A stretch of DNA of 64,000 nucleotides from Takakia lepidozioides (taxonomy: Eukaryota; Plantae; Bryophyta). The notes below the pieces were generated by a model. The model had not been told where the DNA came from and did not search any database. It worked only from the letters and a program-made list of their open reading frames with translations. This document shows, piece after piece, positions 59,101 through 64,000 of this stretch. The stretch is taken from positions 7,068,001 to 7,132,000 of the forward strand of contig CM060733.1 in the NCBI GenBank assembly GCA_030704615.1. Direction: 5' to 3'. Made by a program: the position numbers and the translations under genes. Position 1 is the first letter of the stretch, and the number at the start of each line of letters is the position of its first letter.

Positions 59101-61116
59101 ATAGTGGGTATGCCGGAGAAGGACTGTGATATTACCCCTGTGATCAGCGAGACTTCTGCAAATTTCATTCAAGGGCTTGTAGAAGATGCTAAGGCCAAGG
59201 GTGCCAAATTCCACCAGGTGTGTATCCAGACATAGGGACTAATGTTGTTTTAAGAAAGCACAAGAGGTTTTTAAGTCTAATTGTAGGTTAGTTTTACATA
59301 AAATTGGCACTAGATTAAAATGCATCCGCATAATACTATCCAAAGTGAGGTGGAAAATTAGAATTTACTATGACTAAGTAAAGTGGACTCATTTTTTAAA
59401 TTGGTATTATTTCTAGCCTCATAATGATGTAACATTATACTTGCCCCAAAACTTCGCAAGGAGTCAACAAGTGGATGAGAATTCTGAAATATTCCTTGTT
59501 GTTGTTGGCTTGTAATGGTGCAGGAATGGAAAAGAGAGGGCAACCTAATATGGCCACTTCTAATTGACCACGTGCGACCCGACATGCGCATTGCTTGGGA
59601 GGAGCCATTTGGGCCAGTGTTGCCTGTCATTCGCATCAAGACGGTGGAGGAAGGAATTCACCACTGCAATGCTAACAACTTTGCACTCCAGGTTTTCATC
59701 TCTAAGTACTCAAATCCAAACTTTCATGATTGATGAGAGACTTGGCCACTGTATGATATATGTGCGAGAATCTTAGACTGCTAACTTGTCTGAATTAGAC
59801 TAGAATATTCAAGTGATTTCTAGGATTAAGTACTTAGCATTTGAGACTAAAAAAATTCTAGAAGTCTCTTGAGGATTGAGTCTGCTCCTGCAGAGATGAC
59901 AAGGGTGAAAGAGGGGAAGAGTCATCTAATACTATTGCGCACCTACTGGTCAGAGTATCAAATGACTAGGTAGAAGGTTCACCGTTCAAGGGAGCTCTAT
60001 GTAGTGCATGTGAATATTATCTTCTTCATACTTGCAGGTTTACAAAGAATTGTTGGGGTGAATGACTCACTTTTCAAGGGTAGGAAATAACATGGTCATA
60101 AGAATATTTAATCATGAGATATTTGTCAAGTTAGCTATAAGATGTCATGGATAAACTCGTACCTCTAGACAAACAAATTGCCCAATATCTCGGTTAGGTC
60201 AATCAAAACTGCAAAAGGCATCGTCTCAAAGGTGTGAATGCACCGCTTGACTTTACAGAGGGAAGGACCTAGACTCTTGGTAATTCATTCTGAGTTTCAT
60301 ATAAGCACATAAATTGACATAACTACATGCATTGGAACTTTGGTGAATGTAGGGTTGTGTGTTCACGAAAAATATTGATAAGGCCATTATGATAAGCGAT
60401 GCTATGGAGTCCGGAACCATACAAATCAATTCTGCGCCAGCCCGTGGACCAGACCACTTCCCTTTCCAGGTGTCAATCTTTTTGTTCCATCTCTTTCACA
60501 AACGATCCGACAAATCATATTCCCAGGCTAAACCAGCTAGCTTTACACAATTGTTTACCATTAATTGCATGTGGGTCAATTTCTTCTTATACGAAAGAAG
60601 GCTCCATTTGCATTAATAAGAAACTTGGTGTTCAATATCGATTGGCTTTGTCAACCCTTATCAAACTATGGATTGAGAAAGGGTGGGGTTCAAACATCTA
60701 ACTGAGCTTGATGCCACTAGAAAAGATAATGCTAGCCCTCGTGCTTCAAAAATATTATATGCAAAAGCAACTTGGGAACATTATTGTGCATGACTTGTAA
60801 CCATGGAGATTTGGTCAAGTAACGTGTTATCATGACCCTCAAAAGGGGGAGATGCATGTAAGGGGGAGATGATCGTATTTACACTAACATCGGTAGGTGC
60901 AATGTTCTCTCTACTGATCTATAGCACAAATTGGTCAATGAGTTCTAAGAGTACACTTCTTTATCCTAAACAAAATGCTAACTGAGATGGTACTTTGGGC
61001 AGGGGTTGCGTGATAGTGGTATTGGATCCCAAGGCATCATCAACAGTATCAACATGATGTGCAAAACGAAGAGCACAGTTATAAATTTGCCGGGACCCTC
61101 GTACACAATGGGTTAA
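56172..61116 (+). CDS. GAPN: NADP-dependent non-phosphorylating glyceraldehyde-3-phosphate dehydrogenase (ALDH11A), 494 aa, 10 exons (56172-56310, 56765-56958, 57182-57310, 57508-57627, 58128-58264, 58498-58653, 59007-59217, 59524-59691, 60353-60469, 61003-61116)
   Basis: [57 protein letters not shown] (catalytic Glu), SGQRCTA (catalytic Cys), EEPFGPVLP and [12 protein letters not shown]. All introns are GT-AG and in frame. Confidence 0.97.
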
Positions 61117-62206
61117 GTCTCAATTTCCTTTCAAGTTCAATTTCGCTGCAATGGATCTGCAATGGAGAAGCAAGGGCTTCCAAATTCTCTATACCCGAGA
61201 GAATGGACAATATGGTATTTTCAGGCGTCGTGGTATTGTACTAAGTTGACTTGATCTGACCAATGTTGGAAGCGCGCCCATAGCTTGGACAAAGCTCTAC
61301 AACTTGCAGCCAAACCATATAATTGTAACTCAATTAAACTATACTAGTTTTGTCACTATCAAGGGAGGTCATTTTTGTCTCAATCAAATGATATCCAGTC
61401 CATCTTACTACACCTACCTCAGAACTCTCCGTGATAAGCTTTAACACTTGAGAATTAGATCTCTTGAATAATTTCCTCAGTTTTACAGTTGATTTATATC
61501 TTTGCAGACTAACTATATCTCAAATTGCTTCAAAATCAATTATTCATCGAGGCCACTGAATTGAGTCTCTTCAATATTTGGATGATTTTGTACCTCATAC
61601 CACTTTCTCTAATACTGATTTATCTTGCAATCATTAGCTTCAATCTTCTATTGGATCATCTCAAATGAAGTTTACCCAAATCTTGTCCAAAGCTCTGAAA
61701 TTTTAGCCAACCTCATTCAGTTGTAGAATTTGGTTTGAATTGTCTCAGCTATTTAGGAATTTCAAACAAATTTGTGAAGTTTTTCCGTACAAACTCAGCT
61801 TTTAATATTCATGAAAGAGGTGATTTGTAAGATTCCAGTTTTGCTGGTAAAATTCCATGATGAAGTTTAGGCGGAGATGACGGATGTACTTAGGAACAAT
61901 ATTCAACTATCAAGTTTTGTAGGTCTTAGAATGTGTTTAGTTGAATTAAAAAGTGGCCAAAGGTGCAATAGTTTGAACTCAAGGGTGAAAAAAATTGTAG
62001 GTTTTTAGGGATTAAAGTGTACCTTATAGAAGGTACCTTAATTACCTTACACAATTCATGTTTATTCAGGCAACAAATTGAATAATAATTTGTGAGTGGA
62101 AAGTGTGAGAGACGATATAGTTCCGCAATGGAGTTAGCCGCTTCAATTAAGAATTTGTCAAGTAATATAGACCCGACGATATATCATATATAATATATAT
62201 GTATAT

Positions 62207-62974
62207 TGTCATGAAAGATGTGTTCGACATGATACCACTGATGCCGTATTTGTCGCGGCCCTTTGCCTTGAGGGCAGGGGGTCGGTACACAAGAGGGGTT
62301 GCCCCTGTGGTGGGGGCAGTGGCAACAATAGGTATGGGGGCTGAAGCACCCTTGAGTGCCCAAGGCACTCAAGGGGGCAGAGGCACTCACTAGGTGGAGC
62401 CCCGCACACCGGGTTGCGGTGGGGGTGGTTCCACGAGGGGTGGTGGTAGCTTAGTGGGTCTTAGTGGGGGTGGCATAGGACTCACCATGGGGCGGAGACC
62501 TTGTCGTGGGGGTTGTGGGGAGTCTTGGGACTCATCACGGTCCATTGGGGCCGTGGTGGGTGGGCCAAGACTCACCGCGACTCATCACCGGGAGTCAAGG
62601 GTCTTCGTGGTGGTTCGCCATAAAAAAACGGTGTTGTTTGTGAAAACCCCGTGGACAGTCACTGAAGTATATATAGGGAGTAGTAATCCCGAGAACGGTG
62701 CAAGCCCGTTGGTGACCAAAAATTAGTGAGTAAGCGTGCGAGCCGGAAAGCGACCAAGATGTGGGGAGCTGTTCCGGACTGCCAACAACCAAAGGGAATT
62801 TTCACTAGGCCCAGAGTGAGCGAGGGTCTTGTGGAGGAGCAAAGAGGGGCTGTTATGTCCGGTGAGCAGCCGAAGTTCCGAGTTGGCCCGACGGCCAGTT
62901 TGGGAGTTAGGCGCGCGCATCAAAGTGAGTAACTATGACTTGAAGGGGAGCTTACCGAAGTGAGGTGCGCGACA
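62207..62974 (+). mobile_element. 5' LTR of a Ty3/gypsy retrotransposon (768 bp)
   Basis: TGTC...GACA ends, immediately followed by a PBS and gag. Confidence 0.85.
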
Positions 62975-62976
62975 CT

Positions 62977-62988
62977 TGGTATCAGAGC
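62977..62988 (+). promoter_or_regulatory. Primer-binding site complementary to initiator tRNA-Met
   Basis: TGGTATCAGAGC lies 2 nt after the LTR end. Confidence 0.92.
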
Positions 62989-63029
62989 TTAGAGTTCAGT
63001 ACGCGGTCGTTCTTGAGATCGGCCTCATC

Positions 63030-63588
63030 ATGGGGTCGGGCAAGACAAAGCGAAAACGGAACGGCTCGAAAGGTGATGATCCTGGTGAGCCCGGTGGGGG
63101 CGACGTGTCACCGAAGTGGCAAATGGAAGAGGCAATTTATGCTTCTGAAAGCGAGGCTCAAGAACGGGAGGAATTTGGGGAGTCGAAGCCCGAGGACTTC
63201 CCAGAGGCTCCGCCAGACCAACAGATGTCTCTCATGCCAGCAGCCTTTTGGGAAGGGTTATTGGCGCAGTTTGGCAGGACGTTGAAAGACGTGATGAGGG
63301 CGGCTAATGCCATTTCCACTGAGGCAAAGTTTAAGGTGAAGCCTAAGGAACCCGACACCTTCAAGGGCATCCGAAATCGGAAGGCACTCAATACCTGGCT
63401 CTTGGAGCTAGAGCAGTACTTCCGGGTGGCCAAGTTGAGTGACGACGATCGGGTGGAAGTGGCTCCCACCTATTTGAGGGGCTATGCTCAACAATGGTGG
63501 CAGAAACGCCTTCATGACCAAGGTCCAAACCCAGAAACCTTGAGCTAGAGTGGGTTCAAGGAACTTATGAAAAGACGGTTTGTGCCCC
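63030..63588 (+). pseudogene. Retrotransposon gag, N-terminal part (stop at 63546-63548, truncated)
   Basis: KPKEPDTFKG....LNTWLLELEQYF.......RVEVAPTYLRGYAQQWW...*SGFKELMKRRFVP. Confidence 0.88.
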
Positions 63589-63589
63589 T

Positions 63590-64000
63590 GACACGTTAGT
63601 TCCGGAAATTATCCCACTCACGAACATTAACTGACTTCATTTACACAGTCTCCTGATACAACTCACAAGAGTAGTTGCCTACCTTGCAAAGTCTTGGCAA
63701 CTACCGCCTCCACCAAGCGGCTGATGGAATCTTCAGACAGCTCCGTGGTCGCCCGAGTCATGTTCAATTGTTGGGGTTTCACGCACTTCTTGGCCATGTG
63801 CCCGGGCTCCCCGCAATTAAACCACACTTCATCGAAGGTCGTCTTCTGTCCGCCATAAGCCGCCGCACCTGATTTTTCTTTCGGAGCACCGAGTGCCGCT
63901 TTGACGTGTGAAGGCCCTCCCTTCGATTTCCATGTGTCATTGTCGCCGCGTGGCCTATCCCACTTCTTTTCCGGTCGGAAAGAGTCACCCTCCCGCCGGG
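63590..64000 (-). pseudogene. gag C-terminus (zinc knuckle) and start of protease in inverted orientation
   Basis: Minus strand reads VWFNCGEPGHMAKKCVKP (CCHC knuckle, first Cys altered) followed by LMFVSG. Confidence 0.75.

Overview
Eukaryotic nuclear DNA from a land plant, most likely a non-seed lineage such as a bryophyte (inference from gene families and intron style). Four apparently intact spliced genes are present: an Atg22/UMF1-family MFS transporter (-), an ABCC1/2 (MRP)-type ABC transporter with a single intron (-), a GPATCH11-like G-patch/DUF4187 gene (-) and a 10-exon non-phosphorylating GAPDH (GAPN/ALDH11A, +). There is also a tRNA-Glu(CTC) and pseudogene fragments (2OG-dioxygenase, hAT transposase, a PPR-DYW gene in two pieces either side of the G-patch gene). 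A nested transposon block spans about 28.3-52.3 kb. Its most notable component is an element with inverted subterminal repeat arrays that carries a SWIM zinc-finger gene and a spliced gene ending in a bacterial-type beta-class N4-cytosine/N6-adenine DNA methyltransferase-like domain. That gene has 26-bp palindromes in an intron, and the element ends in a hairpin-rich segment. A piggyBac transposon starts at a TTAA beside it, the region was tandemly duplicated, and solo LTRs inserted later. Ty3/gypsy remnants lie at 48-50.7 kb and 62.2-64 kb. Exon boundaries were read by eye from GT-AG sites and frame continuity; no database searches were run.
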